Notes under the pieces: model-generated
Told to the model about the DNA's origin: nothing
Seen by the model: the letters and a program-made list of their open reading frames with translations, nothing else
Databases searched by the model: none
Assembly: GCF_988243305.1 (NCBI RefSeq)
Contig: NZ_OZ547136.1
Length of the DNA: 64,000 nucleotides
Direction: 5' to 3' (one strand)
Made by a program: the position numbers and the translations under genes
Shown here: one piece after another, positions 22,464-33,342 of the stretch
Layout: each line of letters opens with the position of its first letter
How positions within the stretch are numbered: position 1 is the stretch's first letter

Positions 22464-24687
22464 TTTCGGACTCCAGTTGCGCAACCTTTTCTGTGTTTAA
22501 ACCTGCTTTGAGTAATAGTGATTGCATCGAAACTTGTAATTCGCGTTGAATTGTCAGGACGCGATCCAACGTTTCCTGGCTGATAACGCCTTCGGTGACC
22601 AAAAACTTGCCGAGCGGCAGAGAACTGCGTTCATGGCGCAATAACAACACGTTAATTGCTGAACGATTAATATGACCGAGCGTAGTCAGTATTTCGGCGA
22701 ACAGGAACTGATGCGGCACATATTGCCGCCAGATTTCACCGGCCTGCTGTTCCGTGAGCCACTGATGCTGAACTGCATTGTACAACATTGCCCGCGGATC
22801 GTGACCGCGTCGGCGTGCATACCAGTGGCGTAATCCGGTGACAATTTGTCCCCGCAGAACAATGACGTAACGCACTTTGCGTCCGACTTTACGCGTCAGG
22901 GCCGCCAGCGAAACCGGGTCAATACCATCTTCACTGCCGACAATTAACTCATCATTGTCCAGACGCAGCGGCAGTACCGCATAATGCAGCGCCACGGAGG
23001 CCGGCATTTCGGCAATCAGCGAGGAAGGGATCTGCCAGGCATCGATGGATTCCCACGCCACGCCGTTTTGCTCTGCCAGCGCCTGTGCCAGTTGCTCGGC
23101 GCTAATCAGCCCCTGCATCAGCATTGAACCGCCCAGGCGTAGACCTTCGACGCGATTACGCAGTGCTGTATCGAGTTGTTCTTCAGTGATGACCTGATTT
23201 TCCAGCAGGATTTGACCTAACGGGCGCAACGAGCGGGTATCGCCAGTCACGCTGGGGAAGTCATGCGTTGTTTTATCCCACGCCACTCGACGCGGATCGC
23301 CGTGTTGAAGTACCTGTTTTAACGCGCGCCAGTTGGCCATGAAGTTAATCAGGTTACCCCAGAAAAGACGCAGGACAGATAGCAGCCCCTGCGTCAGACC
23401 GTAGTAGCCAGTGACAAAAATCACCCGCTGCACGATGCGGTTAACCATCAAACCAAAGTTTAGCCACAGCAGGGTCATTAACCATGCGCTGCCGCTGAAA
23501 ATAGAAAGGAAATGCCAGGCATCGGGCCACAAACTTTCATACGCCAGTAACAGCAAAAGCTGGATCATCACCAGCATCGCGAGGAAGCTGACAAAGTTAC
23601 TGATTGCCCCTTTGCGGTCGCGCCAGAGAAAGTAGTTCAGCGTCAGGCTGGAGGTCCATTTGTGGGTTTTAAAGCCCTGGAAAACAATGCCGATGATCCA
23701 CCGAGATTTTTGTCGAACCGCAGTCGAAAAGGTATCGGGGAAATATTCGCGCACGCAGATCATGTTTGACGTCCGCGCATGCTGTAAAAATTTACGCTGC
23801 TCGCGTTCTTTGGCTTCGTCCACCACCGGAAAACGGACAAAAATTTCCGTCATACCTTTCTCTTTCAGGCGGAAGCCAATGTCGTAATCTTCAGTCAGAC
23901 TCTGCACGTCGAAAGCAATACCGTCACCGTCAGCTAACAGTGCGGTCACGGCGCGACGGCTGAAACAGGTACCGACGCCTGCGCTGGGCACCTGTCCGGC
24001 GAGGGCTTCACGCACCGGAACATCTTTGCCATGCAGTTCTGAAAACTCATCAATGTAGGTCATGCTGGTGAAGTGAGTCCATTCGCGTTCGAACGGATAC
24101 ACTGGGATCTGAATCAGATCTTTACGCTCGACCAGATAGTTGAACAGACGCAATTCCATCGGTGAAATCACATCTTCGGCGTCATGCAGAATAAAACCAG
24201 CAAAAGCGAAATTGGCGCTACGTTCAAATTGGGTGATGGCGTCCAGCACGTTGTTCAGACAGTCGGCTTTGCTGGTGGGGCCAGGACGCGCGCAGACTAC
24301 CTTATGCACGTTCGGGAAGCGAGCGCACACTTCGTCAACATCACGCTGAGTATCGGGGTCGTTGGGGTAGGTGCCAACAAAGATATGATAGTTTTCGTAG
24401 TCGAGCGTGGTCGCCGCCAGCTCGGCCATATTGCCGATGACGCCCGTTTCATTCCACGCCGGAACCATAATCGCTAACGGTTTTTCATCTGGTTTATACA
24501 GTTCGCGGTAACTCATTCGCGGGTAGCGGCGATAAACACTCAACTTGCGTTTAATGCGGCGTACCCAGTAGAAGACATCAATAAAAAAATCGTCCAGCCC
24601 GCTGATGAACATGATGACCGCTAACGTTATCGCGATTACTTTTAAGCCGTAGAGCCAGGTAGCAAAAACATCAAGAAGCCAGTCCAC
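22450..24687 (-). CDS. nfrB: inner-membrane family-2 glycosyltransferase NfrB (phage N4 adsorption protein B), 745 aa
   Basis: GT2 motifs DAED (HDAEDVISP) and QxxRW (QKSRW); transmembrane segments; 14-nt overlap with the nfrA start. Confidence 0.9.
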   Translation of the reverse strand: MDWLLDVFATWLYGLKVIAITLAVIMFISGLDDFFIDVFYWVRRIKRKLSVYRRYPRMSYRELYKPDEKPLAIMVPAWNETGVIGNMAELAATTLDYENYHIFVGTYPNDPDTQRDVDEVCARFPNVHKVVCARPGPTSKADCLNNVLDAITQFERSANFAFAGFILHDAEDVISPMELRLFNYLVERKDLIQIPVYPFEREWTHFTSMTYIDEFSELHGKDVPVREALAGQVPSAGVGTCFSRRAVTALLADGDGIAFDVQSLTEDYDIGFRLKEKGMTEIFVRFPVVDEAKEREQRKFLQHARTSNMICVREYFPDTFSTAVRQKSRWIIGIVFQGFKTHKWTSSLTLNYFLWRDRKGAISNFVSFLAMLVMIQLLLLLAYESLWPDAWHFLSIFSGSAWLMTLLWLNFGLMVNRIVQRVIFVTGYYGLTQGLLSVLRLFWGNLINFMANWRALKQVLQHGDPRRVAWDKTTHDFPSVTGDTRSLRPLGQILLENQVITEEQLDTALRNRVEGLRLGGSMLMQGLISAEQLAQALAEQNGVAWESIDAWQIPSSLIAEMPASVALHYAVLPLRLDNDELIVGSEDGIDPVSLAALTRKVGRKVRYVIVLRGQIVTGLRHWYARRRGHDPRAMLYNAVQHQWLTEQQAGEIWRQYVPHQFLFAEILTTLGHINRSAINVLLLRHERSSLPLGKFLVTEGVISQETLDRVLTIQRELQVSMQSLLLKAGLNTEKVAQLESENEGE

Positions 24688-24836
24688 ACAAAAACCTTAC
24701 ATTAACGCTGGTTATGTTTAGGGTGGCGTATATTAAGGTTTTTTATGAATTGTGACAGCTTTTTACCATTAATAGGTATGACTATTGCGGCACGTTATTT
24801 TTACACTGGTTATAAAAGTTGCCGTTTGCTGAATAA

Positions 24837-26279
24837 TTAAGCGGGTAATGTGATAACAAACCTTGTCCCCCGAGCATCTGACGTTACTGCAACCGTGCCT
24901 TTATGCGCGACAACAATCGATTTCACTATCGCCAGACCAATGCCGCTACCTTCGCCTTTTCGCTGGCGGGAGGGGTCAACGCGGTAGAAACGGTCAAACA
25001 ATCGCGGTAAGTGTTCGGGCGCAATGGGCGTACCGGGGTTTTCGACGGAAACTTGCACCTGGTGATCGACCGTCTGGCAGCGCACAACAATTGTCTCTCC
25101 GGTTGGCGTATAACGCAGGGCATTAGAAAGTAGGTTGCTTAACGCCCGACGCAGCATCAGCGGATCACCCGCAACCTGACACTCGTCGCCAACAAACCGC
25201 AGCTCCACGCCGCGATCTTCTGCTAACGCCTCGAAAAAATCGAACACTTTGCCGACTTCATCCGCCAGGTTGAGCATTTTCTTTTCGGGGATTAGCTGGT
25301 TGTTATCGGCCTGAGCGAGAAACAGCATATCGCTGACCATTTTCGCCATTCGCGTCAGCTCTTCGAGATTAGAGTAGAGCACATCTTCCAGCTCCTTCTG
25401 GCTGCGCGACTGGCTGAGGGCGATTTCCGTTTGCGTTATGAGATTCGTAATTGGTGTGCGAATTTCGTGGGCGATATCCGCTGAGAAATTGGACTGGCGG
25501 GTAAAGACATCCTCAATACGCTCGATCATATGGTTGAACGACAGCACCAGTTGTTCGAGTTCAATGGGCACGGTCTGTGGATCGAGGCGAACGTCGAGAT
25601 CTTTCGAGGTGATATTCTGGATTTGACGGCTGACGCTGCGGATCGGCGCGTGACCTTTATGTACCGCCAACAGCACGATAAAGACGATCAGGATGCTGAT
25701 TACCGATGCGGTCATAATAAGTTTATTCATCAAATCATTTATGTAATGAAGATGAAAATCGATCGACAGCGCGATGTAGAGCGTATAAATCGGTTTGCCG
25801 TCAACCAGCGGGCCAACCGGCAAGTTAATCATCCGCCAGTTGCTGTGTTCCATATGCCCGTGACCGTGCCCTGGCATCATCATCGTCGGGCCGGAAAGGA
25901 GATACACCTCGCCGCCCCGAGCGTCTTTATCGGGTATGGCATCACGTGCAAACTCGCGGATATCGGGCGCGTCGGGGGAGTGATACACCGTTTTACCCTG
26001 GCTATCTGCCAGGGAAATCAACACGTTGGAATAACCACTGACGATATCTTCCAGCGTCATTAAGCGTCGGGCTTGTGTCTCTTCGGGATGATTAAGAACG
26101 CGCTTGAGTGTGGCGCTAATCTCTTTTAAATCATTAATATCCTGCTCGGCAAAATGCACTTTTACTGAGTGGATCATGATCCATGCAAAGGCGAAAAACG
26201 CCGCGATGGTGGCCAGGCTGATAAAAAAGGTCAGGCGGGTTGCCAGCGAAAACGGGCGCTGAAATGGCTTATTGACCAT
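24837..26279 (-). CDS. cusS: copper/silver-sensing histidine kinase, 480 aa
   Basis: H-box [12 protein letters not shown] plus ATPase domain; start re-picked at MVNKPFQRP; overlaps the cusR stop. Confidence 0.9.
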
Positions 26280-26952
26280 CCGGCACCTCAAGCATGTAAC
26301 CCACGCCGCGCACGGTTTGAATCAGCTTCGGCTCAAAGTCGTTGTCGATTTTGCCGCGTAGCCGCTTCACCGCCACATCAATGGCGTTAGTGTCGCTGTC
26401 GAAATTCATGTCCCATACCTGCGAGGCGATAAGCGAGCGGGGCAGCACTTCGCCCTGATGGCGAAGGAAAAACTCCAGCAGAGTAAATTCTTTACTGGTC
26501 AGAGTGATGCGCGTGCCGCTGCGGGTGACTTTGCGGCTGACGAGATCGACCATCAGATCGGCAACCTGAAACTGACTTTCGATAATCACCGCCGCCCCGC
26601 GCCGCAGGAGAGTGCGCACCCGCGCCAGCAGTTCAGCAAAAGCGAACGGCTTCACCAGATAGTCATCGGCCCCCAACTCCAGCCCCTTGACGCGATGTTC
26701 AATGGTGCCAAGCGCGGTAAGCAACAGAATCGGCATCCCTTTATTGGCGGAGCGCAACATGCGCACGATATCCCAGCCGTTCACGTCCGGCAGCATAATA
26801 TCGAGGATTATCAGGTCATAATCACCGGTCATCGCCAGATGGTAGCCATTCAGCCCATTGTCGGCCAAATCGACCACAAAACCGGCTTCGGTTAACCCTT
26901 TGGTCAAGTATTCTCCGGTTTTCTTTTCATCTTCGACAATCAACAGTTTCAT
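26269..26952 (-). CDS. cusR: OmpR-family response regulator, 227 aa
   Basis: Receiver domain ([20 protein letters not shown]) plus winged-helix output domain. Confidence 0.95.
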
Positions 26953-27017
26953 ATTTCCTCCGCATGTTGCCCGGGCAATTCTAGAGTAGCGGGATCAGAT
27001 GGCAATCGCTTATTGGC

Positions 27018-27039
27018 AAAATGACAATTTTGTCATTTT
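27018..27039. promoter_or_regulatory. CusR box in the cusR-cusC divergent promoter
   Basis: Perfect palindrome AAAATGACAA-TT-TTGTCATTTT centred between cusR and cusC. Confidence 0.7.
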
Positions 27040-27108
27040 CCTGTCACCGGAAAATCAGAGCCTGGCGAGTAAAGTTGGCGGCATAAAATCACCAGAAATT
27101 ATGAGCCT

Positions 27109-28491
27109 ATGTCTCCTTGTAAACTTCTGCCATTTTGTGTGGCCCTTGCGCTAACCGGTTGTTCACTGGCACCGGATTATCAGCGCCCGGCAATGCCCGT
27201 GCCGCAGCAGTTCTCACTCAGCCAGAACGGCCTCGTTAACGCAGCAGATAACTATCAGAACGCGGGCTGGCGCACCTTTTTTGTTGATAATCAGGTGAAG
27301 ACGCTGATTAGCGAGGCGCTGGTGAATAACCGGGATTTGCGCATGGCGACGCTGAAAGTGCAGGAAGCGCGGGCGCAATATCGTCTGACCGATGCCGACC
27401 GCTACCCACAGCTCAATGGCGAGGGCAGCGGCAGCTGGAGCGGCAATCTTAAAGGCGATTCAGCCACGACGCGGGAGTTCTCGACTGGCCTTAACGCCAG
27501 CTTTGATCTCGATTTTTTCGGTCGCTTAAAGAACATGAGCGAAGCCGAGCGCCAAAATTATTTAGCCACTGAGGAAGCCCAGCGCGCGGTGCATATTCTG
27601 CTGGTTTCTAATGTCGCGCAAAGCTATTTCAATCAGCAGCTGGTGTATGCGCAATTGCAAATCGCCGAAGAAACGCTGCGTAATTATCAGCAGTCATATG
27701 CGTTTGTCGAAAAACAACTGTTGACCGGTAGCAGCAATGTTCTGGCGCTGGAACAGGCTCGCGGGGTGATTGAAAGTACCCGCAGCGACATCGCTAAACG
27801 TCAGGGGGAACTGGCGCAGGCGAATAATGCATTGCAACTGTTATTGGGAAGCTACGGCAAGCTGCCGCAAGCGCAGACAGTAAACAGCGACAGCCTGCAA
27901 AGCGTTAAATTACCGGCGGGCTTGTCGTCGCAAATCTTATTGCAGCGCCCGGATATTATGGAAGCTGAACATGCGTTAATAGCGGCTAATGCCAATATTG
28001 GTGCTGCACGCGCGGCATTTTTCCCGTCTATCAGCCTGACCAGCGGAATATCAACCGCCAGCAGCGATCTGTCGTCATTATTTAACGCCAGCAGCGGGAT
28101 GTGGAATTTTATACCCAAAATTGAGCTCCCCATTTTTAATGCCGGACGTAACCAGGCCAATCTGGATATCGCCGAAATTCGCCAGCAGCAGTCGGTGGTG
28201 AATTATGAACAGAAAATCCAGAACGCCTTTAAAGAAGTGGCAGATGCGCTGGCATTACGTCAAAGCCTGAACGATCAAATTAGCGCCCAGCAGCGTTATC
28301 TGGCGTCGCTGCAAATTACTTTGCAACGGGCGCGGGCATTATATCAGCACGGCGCGGTAAGTTATCTGGAAGTGCTGGATGCTGAGCGTTCTTTATTTGC
28401 AACCCGACAAACTTTACTTGACCTGAATTATGCCCGTCAGGTTAATGAAATTTCTTTATATACCGCCTTAGGCGGCGGTTGGCAGCAATAA
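27109..28491 (+). CDS. cusC: outer-membrane efflux lipoprotein of the Cu/Ag efflux system, 460 aa
   Basis: Lipoprotein signal with lipobox LTGC; OMF-family sequence; first gene of cusCFBA. Confidence 0.9.
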   Translation: MSPCKLLPFCVALALTGCSLAPDYQRPAMPVPQQFSLSQNGLVNAADNYQNAGWRTFFVDNQVKTLISEALVNNRDLRMATLKVQEARAQYRLTDADRYPQLNGEGSGSWSGNLKGDSATTREFSTGLNASFDLDFFGRLKNMSEAERQNYLATEEAQRAVHILLVSNVAQSYFNQQLVYAQLQIAEETLRNYQQSYAFVEKQLLTGSSNVLALEQARGVIESTRSDIAKRQGELAQANNALQLLLGSYGKLPQAQTVNSDSLQSVKLPAGLSSQILLQRPDIMEAEHALIAANANIGAARAAFFPSISLTSGISTASSDLSSLFNASSGMWNFIPKIELPIFNAGRNQANLDIAEIRQQQSVVNYEQKIQNAFKEVADALALRQSLNDQISAQQRYLASLQITLQRARALYQHGAVSYLEVLDAERSLFATRQTLLDLNYARQVNEISLYTALGGGWQQ

Positions 28492-28514
28492 TTTTTAACT
28501 CCAGGAGAGAATAA

Positions 28515-28847
28515 ATGAAAAAAGCACTGCAAGTCGCAATGTTTAGTCTGTTTACCGTTATTGGCTTTAATGCCCAGGCTAACGAACATCATCATGAAAC
28601 CATGAGCGAAGTACAACCGCAGGTTATTAGCGCCACTGGCGTGGTAAAAGGTATTGATCTGGAAAGCAAAAAAATCACCATCCATCACGATCCGATTGCA
28701 GCCGTGAACTGGCCGGAGATGACCATGCGCTTTACCATCACCCCGCAGACGAAAATGAGTGAAATTAAAACCGGCGACAAAGTGGCGTTTAATTTTGTCC
28801 AGCAGGGCAACCTTTCTTTATTACAGGATATTAAAGTCAGCCAGTAA
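28515..28847 (+). CDS. cusF: periplasmic copper chaperone, 110 aa
   Basis: Small periplasmic protein with signal peptide and His/Met-rich N-terminus; AGGAGAGAA RBS. Confidence 0.9.
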   Translation: MKKALQVAMFSLFTVIGFNAQANEHHHETMSEVQPQVISATGVVKGIDLESKKITIHHDPIAAVNWPEMTMRFTITPQTKMSEIKTGDKVAFNFVQQGNLSLLQDIKVSQ

Positions 28848-28862
28848 CCCAGGTTTAATGAG

Positions 28863-30086
28863 ATGAAAAAAATCGCGCTTATTATCGGCAGCATGATCGC
28901 GGGCGGTATTATTTCTGCGGCAGGTATTACCTGGTTTGCAAAGGCTGAACCGCCCGCAGAAAAAACGCCGACCGCAGAACGTAAAATCTTATTCTGGTAC
29001 GACCCGATGTATCCCAATACGCGGTTCGATAAACCAGGTAAATCGCCGTTTATGGATATGGATCTGGTGCCGAAATATGCCGATGAAGAGAGTTCTGCGT
29101 CTGGTGTACGCATTGACCCGACCCAGACGCAGAATCTGGGGGTGAAAACGGCTACCGTTACGCGCGGGCCGCTGACTTTTGCCCAGAGTTTCCCGGCGAA
29201 TGTCAGTTACAACGAGTATCAGTATGCCATTGTGCAGGCTCGCGCTGCCGGGTTTATCGATAAGGTGTATCCGCTTACCGTGGGCGATAAAGTACAAAAG
29301 GGCACACCGCTTCTCGACCTGACCATTCCCGACTGGGTGGAAGCGCAGAGTGAGTATTTACTGCTGCGCGAAACCGGCGGTACGGCGACCCAGACTGAAG
29401 GCATTCTTGAGCGACTGCGACTGGCGGGAATGCCGGAGGCTGATATTCGCCGCCTGATCGCCACGCAAAAAATCCAGACTCGCTTTACGCTCAAATCGCC
29501 CATTGATGGCGTTATCACCGCGTTTGATCTGCGCGCGGGAATGAATATCGCCAAAGATAACGTGGTCGCGAAAATTCAGGGTATGGACCCGGTGTGGGTC
29601 ACTGCTGCGATCCCGGAGTCCATCGCCTGGCTGGTGAAAGATGCCTCGCAGTTTACGCTCACCGTTCCGGCGCGACCGGATAAAACACTCACCATCCGCA
29701 AATGGACGCTGCTACCCGGCGTGGATGCCGCGACCCGCACCTTGCAACTGCGTCTGGAAGTCGACAACGCCGACGAGGCGCTAAAACCGGGAATGAACGC
29801 CTGGTTGCAACTCAACACCGCCAGCGAACCGATGCTGCTCATTCCGTCACAGGCGCTGATTGATACCGGCAACGAACAGCGGGTGATTACCGTTGATGCC
29901 GACGGGCGCTTTGTACCGAAACGCGTTGCCGTTTTCCAGGCATCGCAAGGCGTCACCGCGTTACGCTCTGGTCTGGCGGAAGGTGAAAAGGTGGTTTCCA
30001 GCGGCCTGTTCCTGATTGATTCCGAAGCCAATATTTCTGGCGCACTGGAGCGGATGCGCTCTGAAAGTGCTACCCATGCGCATTGA
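28863..30086 (+). CDS. cusB: membrane fusion protein of the Cu/Ag efflux system, 407 aa
   Basis: MFP-like sequence between cusF and cusA. Confidence 0.9.
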   Translation: MKKIALIIGSMIAGGIISAAGITWFAKAEPPAEKTPTAERKILFWYDPMYPNTRFDKPGKSPFMDMDLVPKYADEESSASGVRIDPTQTQNLGVKTATVTRGPLTFAQSFPANVSYNEYQYAIVQARAAGFIDKVYPLTVGDKVQKGTPLLDLTIPDWVEAQSEYLLLRETGGTATQTEGILERLRLAGMPEADIRRLIATQKIQTRFTLKSPIDGVITAFDLRAGMNIAKDNVVAKIQGMDPVWVTAAIPESIAWLVKDASQFTLTVPARPDKTLTIRKWTLLPGVDAATRTLQLRLEVDNADEALKPGMNAWLQLNTASEPMLLIPSQALIDTGNEQRVITVDADGRFVPKRVAVFQASQGVTALRSGLAEGEKVVSSGLFLIDSEANISGALERMRSESATHAH

Positions 30087-30097
30087 GGGAATAACCA

Positions 30098-33000
30098 ATG
30101 ATTGAATGGATTATTCGTCGCTCGGTGGCGAACCGTTTTCTGGTGCTGATGGGCGCGTTGTTTCTGAGTATCTGGGGCACCTGGACCATCATTAACACGC
30201 CAGTGGATGCGCTGCCGGATCTCTCCGATGTGCAGGTGATTATTAAAACCAGCTATCCCGGTCAGGCACCGCAAATCGTTGAAAATCAGGTGACTTATCC
30301 GCTAACTACCACCATGTTGTCGGTGCCTGGCGCGAAGACTGTGCGCGGTTTCTCGCAGTTTGGCGACTCTTATGTGTATGTCATTTTCGAAGATGGCACC
30401 GATCCATACTGGGCGCGCTCGCGGGTGCTGGAGTACCTCAACCAGGTACAGGGTAAGCTGCCTGCGGGAGTCAGCGCCGAGCTGGGGCCAGATGCCACGG
30501 GTGTTGGCTGGATCTATGAATATGCACTGGTGGATCGCAGCGGTAAGCACGATCTTGCCGATTTACGCTCATTGCAGGACTGGTTTCTCAAATATGAGCT
30601 GAAAACCATTCCTGACGTTGCGGAAGTGGCGTCGGTAGGCGGTGTGGTGAAAGAGTATCAGGTGGTTATCGATCCTCAGCGCCTGGCGCAATATGGCATC
30701 AGTCTCGCCGAAGTAAAAAGCGCGCTGGATGCTTCAAACCAGGAAGCGGGCGGTTCGTCGATCGAACTGGCGGAAGCGGAATATATGGTGCGCGCCAGCG
30801 GCTATCTGCAAACGCTCGACGACTTTAATCACATCGTTTTAAAAGCCAGTGAAAATGGCGTGCCCGTTTATCTGCGTGATGTTGCGAAGGTCCAGATTGG
30901 CCCGGAGATGCGCCGGGGCATTGCCGAACTGAACGGCGAAGGCGAAGTGGCGGGCGGAGTGGTGATCCTGCGCTCCGGCAAAAACGCCCGTGAAGTGATC
31001 GCCGCCGTGAAGGACAAACTGGAAACGCTGAAAAGCAGTCTGCCGGAAGGCGTGGAGATAGTTACAACATACGATCGCAGCCAGCTCATTGACCGCGCCA
31101 TCGACAACCTCAGCGGCAAGTTGCTGGAAGAGTTTATTGTGGTGGCGGTAGTCTGTGCGCTGTTTCTCTGGCATGTGCGCTCGGCGCTGGTGGCGATTAT
31201 TTCGTTGCCGCTGGGGTTGTGTATTGCTTTTATTGTCATGCACTTTCAGGGACTGAACGCCAATATTATGTCGCTGGGCGGCATTGCGATTGCCGTCGGG
31301 GCGATGGTCGATGCCGCTATCGTCATGATCGAGAATGCGCATAAACGGCTGGAAGAGTGGCAGCACCAGCATCCTGACGCCACGCTGGATAATAAAACGC
31401 GCTGGCAGGTGATTACCGATGCGTCTGTTGAAGTGGGGCCGGCGCTGTTTATCAGTCTGCTGATTATCACGTTGTCGTTTATCCCAATCTTCACCCTGGA
31501 AGGGCAGGAAGGGCGTCTGTTTGGCCCGCTGGCGTTCACCAAAACGTATGCGATGGCGGGTGCGGCGCTGCTGGCGATCGTAGTGATCCCTATCCTGATG
31601 GGCTACTGGATCCGTGGCAAAATTCCGCCGGAAAGCAGTAACCCGCTCAATCGCTTTTTGATTCGTGTTTATCATCCGCTGTTGCTGAAAGTACTGCACT
31701 GGCCGAAAACCACGCTGCTGGTGGCGGCGCTTTCGGTGCTGACGGTTCTCTGGCCGCTCAATAAAGTTGGCGGGGAATTTTTACCGCAGATCAATGAAGG
31801 CGACTTGTTGTATATGCCATCGACGCTGCCGGGGATTTCCGCAGCAGAGGCGGCGAGTATGCTGCAAAAAACCGACAAGCTGATTATGAGCGTACCTGAA
31901 GTGGCGCGGGTATTTGGCAAAACCGGGAAAGCGGAAACCGCCACCGATTCTGCTCCGCTGGAGATGGTAGAAACGACCATCCAGCTTAAGCCGCAGGATC
32001 AGTGGCGGCCAGGCATGACGATGGACAAAATCATTGAGGAACTGGATAACACCGTGCGTCTGCCGGGGCTGGCGAATCTGTGGGTGCCGCCAATTCGTAA
32101 CCGTATCGATATGCTCTCAACCGGCATTAAAAGCCCCATCGGCATTAAAGTTTCCGGCACTGTGCTGGCGGATATCGACGCGATGGCGGAGCAAATTGAA
32201 GAAGTGGCGCGAACGGTGCCAGGCGTAGCTTCTGCGCTTGCCGAGCGTCTGGAAGGTGGGCGCTATATCAACGTTGAGATTAACCGTGAAAAAGCCGCGC
32301 GTTACGGTATGACGGTGGCGGATGTGCAATTGTTTGTGACATCTGCGGTGGGCGGGGCGATGGTTGGCGAAACGGTGGAAGGGATTGCCCGTTATCCAAT
32401 TAATCTGCGTTATCCGCAAAGCTGGCGCGATAGTCCGCAGGCGCTGCGCCAGTTGCCGATTCTGACGCCGATGAAGCAGCAAATCACCCTGGCAGACGTG
32501 GCTGACGTTAAAGTCTCTACCGGACCGTCGATGCTGAAAACCGAGAATGCGCGCCCGACGAGCTGGATTTATATCGATGCCCGCGATCGTGACATGGTGT
32601 CGGTGGTTCACGATCTGCAAAAAGCGATAGCTGAAAAAGTACAGTTAAAACCGGGCACCAGCGTGGCATTCTCCGGGCAGTTCGAGCTACTGGAACGCGC
32701 CAACCATAAGCTGAAACTCATGGTGCCGATGACGCTGATGATCATCTTCGTGCTGTTATATCTGGCGTTCCGTCGGGTGGGCGAAGCGTTGCTGATTATC
32801 AGCAGCGTACCGTTTGCGCTGGTGGGCGGCATCTGGTTGCTGTGGTGGATGGGCTTTCATCTTTCCGTGGCGACGGGCACCGGTTTTATTGCCCTCGCCG
32901 GGGTTGCCGCCGAATTTGGCGTGGTGATGCTGATGTATTTACGTCACGCCATAGAGGCCGAGCCGTCGTTGAATAATCCGCAAACATTCAGCGAGCAGAA

Positions 33001-33241
33001 GCTGGATGAGGCGTTGTATCACGGCGCGGTCCTGCGCGTGCGCCCGAAAGCGATGACGGTGGCGGTGATTATCGCTGGTCTGCTGCCGATTCTGTGGGGA
33101 ACGGGAGCAGGTTCAGAGGTGATGAGCCGGATTGCCGCGCCGATGATTGGCGGCATGATCACCGCGCCTTTGCTATCGCTGTTTATTATCCCGGCGGCAT
33201 ATAAGCTGATGTGGCTGCACCGACATCGGGTACGGAAATAA
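30098..33241 (+). CDS. cusA: RND heavy-metal efflux pump, 1047 aa
   Basis: 1047-aa 12-TM RND transporter with two large periplasmic loops. Confidence 0.95.
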   Translation: MIEWIIRRSVANRFLVLMGALFLSIWGTWTIINTPVDALPDLSDVQVIIKTSYPGQAPQIVENQVTYPLTTTMLSVPGAKTVRGFSQFGDSYVYVIFEDGTDPYWARSRVLEYLNQVQGKLPAGVSAELGPDATGVGWIYEYALVDRSGKHDLADLRSLQDWFLKYELKTIPDVAEVASVGGVVKEYQVVIDPQRLAQYGISLAEVKSALDASNQEAGGSSIELAEAEYMVRASGYLQTLDDFNHIVLKASENGVPVYLRDVAKVQIGPEMRRGIAELNGEGEVAGGVVILRSGKNAREVIAAVKDKLETLKSSLPEGVEIVTTYDRSQLIDRAIDNLSGKLLEEFIVVAVVCALFLWHVRSALVAIISLPLGLCIAFIVMHFQGLNANIMSLGGIAIAVGAMVDAAIVMIENAHKRLEEWQHQHPDATLDNKTRWQVITDASVEVGPALFISLLIITLSFIPIFTLEGQEGRLFGPLAFTKTYAMAGAALLAIVVIPILMGYWIRGKIPPESSNPLNRFLIRVYHPLLLKVLHWPKTTLLVAALSVLTVLWPLNKVGGEFLPQINEGDLLYMPSTLPGISAAEAASMLQKTDKLIMSVPEVARVFGKTGKAETATDSAPLEMVETTIQLKPQDQWRPGMTMDKIIEELDNTVRLPGLANLWVPPIRNRIDMLSTGIKSPIGIKVSGTVLADIDAMAEQIEEVARTVPGVASALAERLEGGRYINVEINREKAARYGMTVADVQLFVTSAVGGAMVGETVEGIARYPINLRYPQSWRDSPQALRQLPILTPMKQQITLADVADVKVSTGPSMLKTENARPTSWIYIDARDRDMVSVVHDLQKAIAEKVQLKPGTSVAFSGQFELLERANHKLKLMVPMTLMIIFVLLYLAFRRVGEALLIISSVPFALVGGIWLLWWMGFHLSVATGTGFIALAGVAAEFGVVMLMYLRHAIEAEPSLNNPQTFSEQKLDEALYHGAVLRVRPKAMTVAVIIAGLLPILWGTGAGSEVMSRIAAPMIGGMITAPLLSLFIIPAAYKLMWLHRHRVRK

Positions 33242-33342
33242 AAGCAGGATACCCGGTTTAACCGTGTGGATTGTGTCTTGCGACGATGGGCACTAAATGT
33301 TAAAAGGTGCCCCTCAACAAAAAAGACACACAGGGGAAAGGC

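Noticed and set aside
24688-24836. Small gene between nfrB and cusS
   Set aside because: The gap is only 149 bp with no ORF and good start context. I have a vague memory of a small gene near here in K-12 but cannot place it confidently, so no claim is made.
27101-27154. ATG at 27101, eight nt upstream of the cusC start
   Set aside because: Out of frame with cusC and terminates after 17 codons; the in-frame ATG at 27109 gives the expected lipoprotein signal peptide.
30839-31699. 286-aa ORF on the minus strand inside cusA (also 30868-31239, 31246-31542, 32117-32620)
   Set aside because: Antisense to a well-supported RND pump gene; Arg/Gln/His-rich low-complexity translation typical of spurious antisense frames; no RBS.
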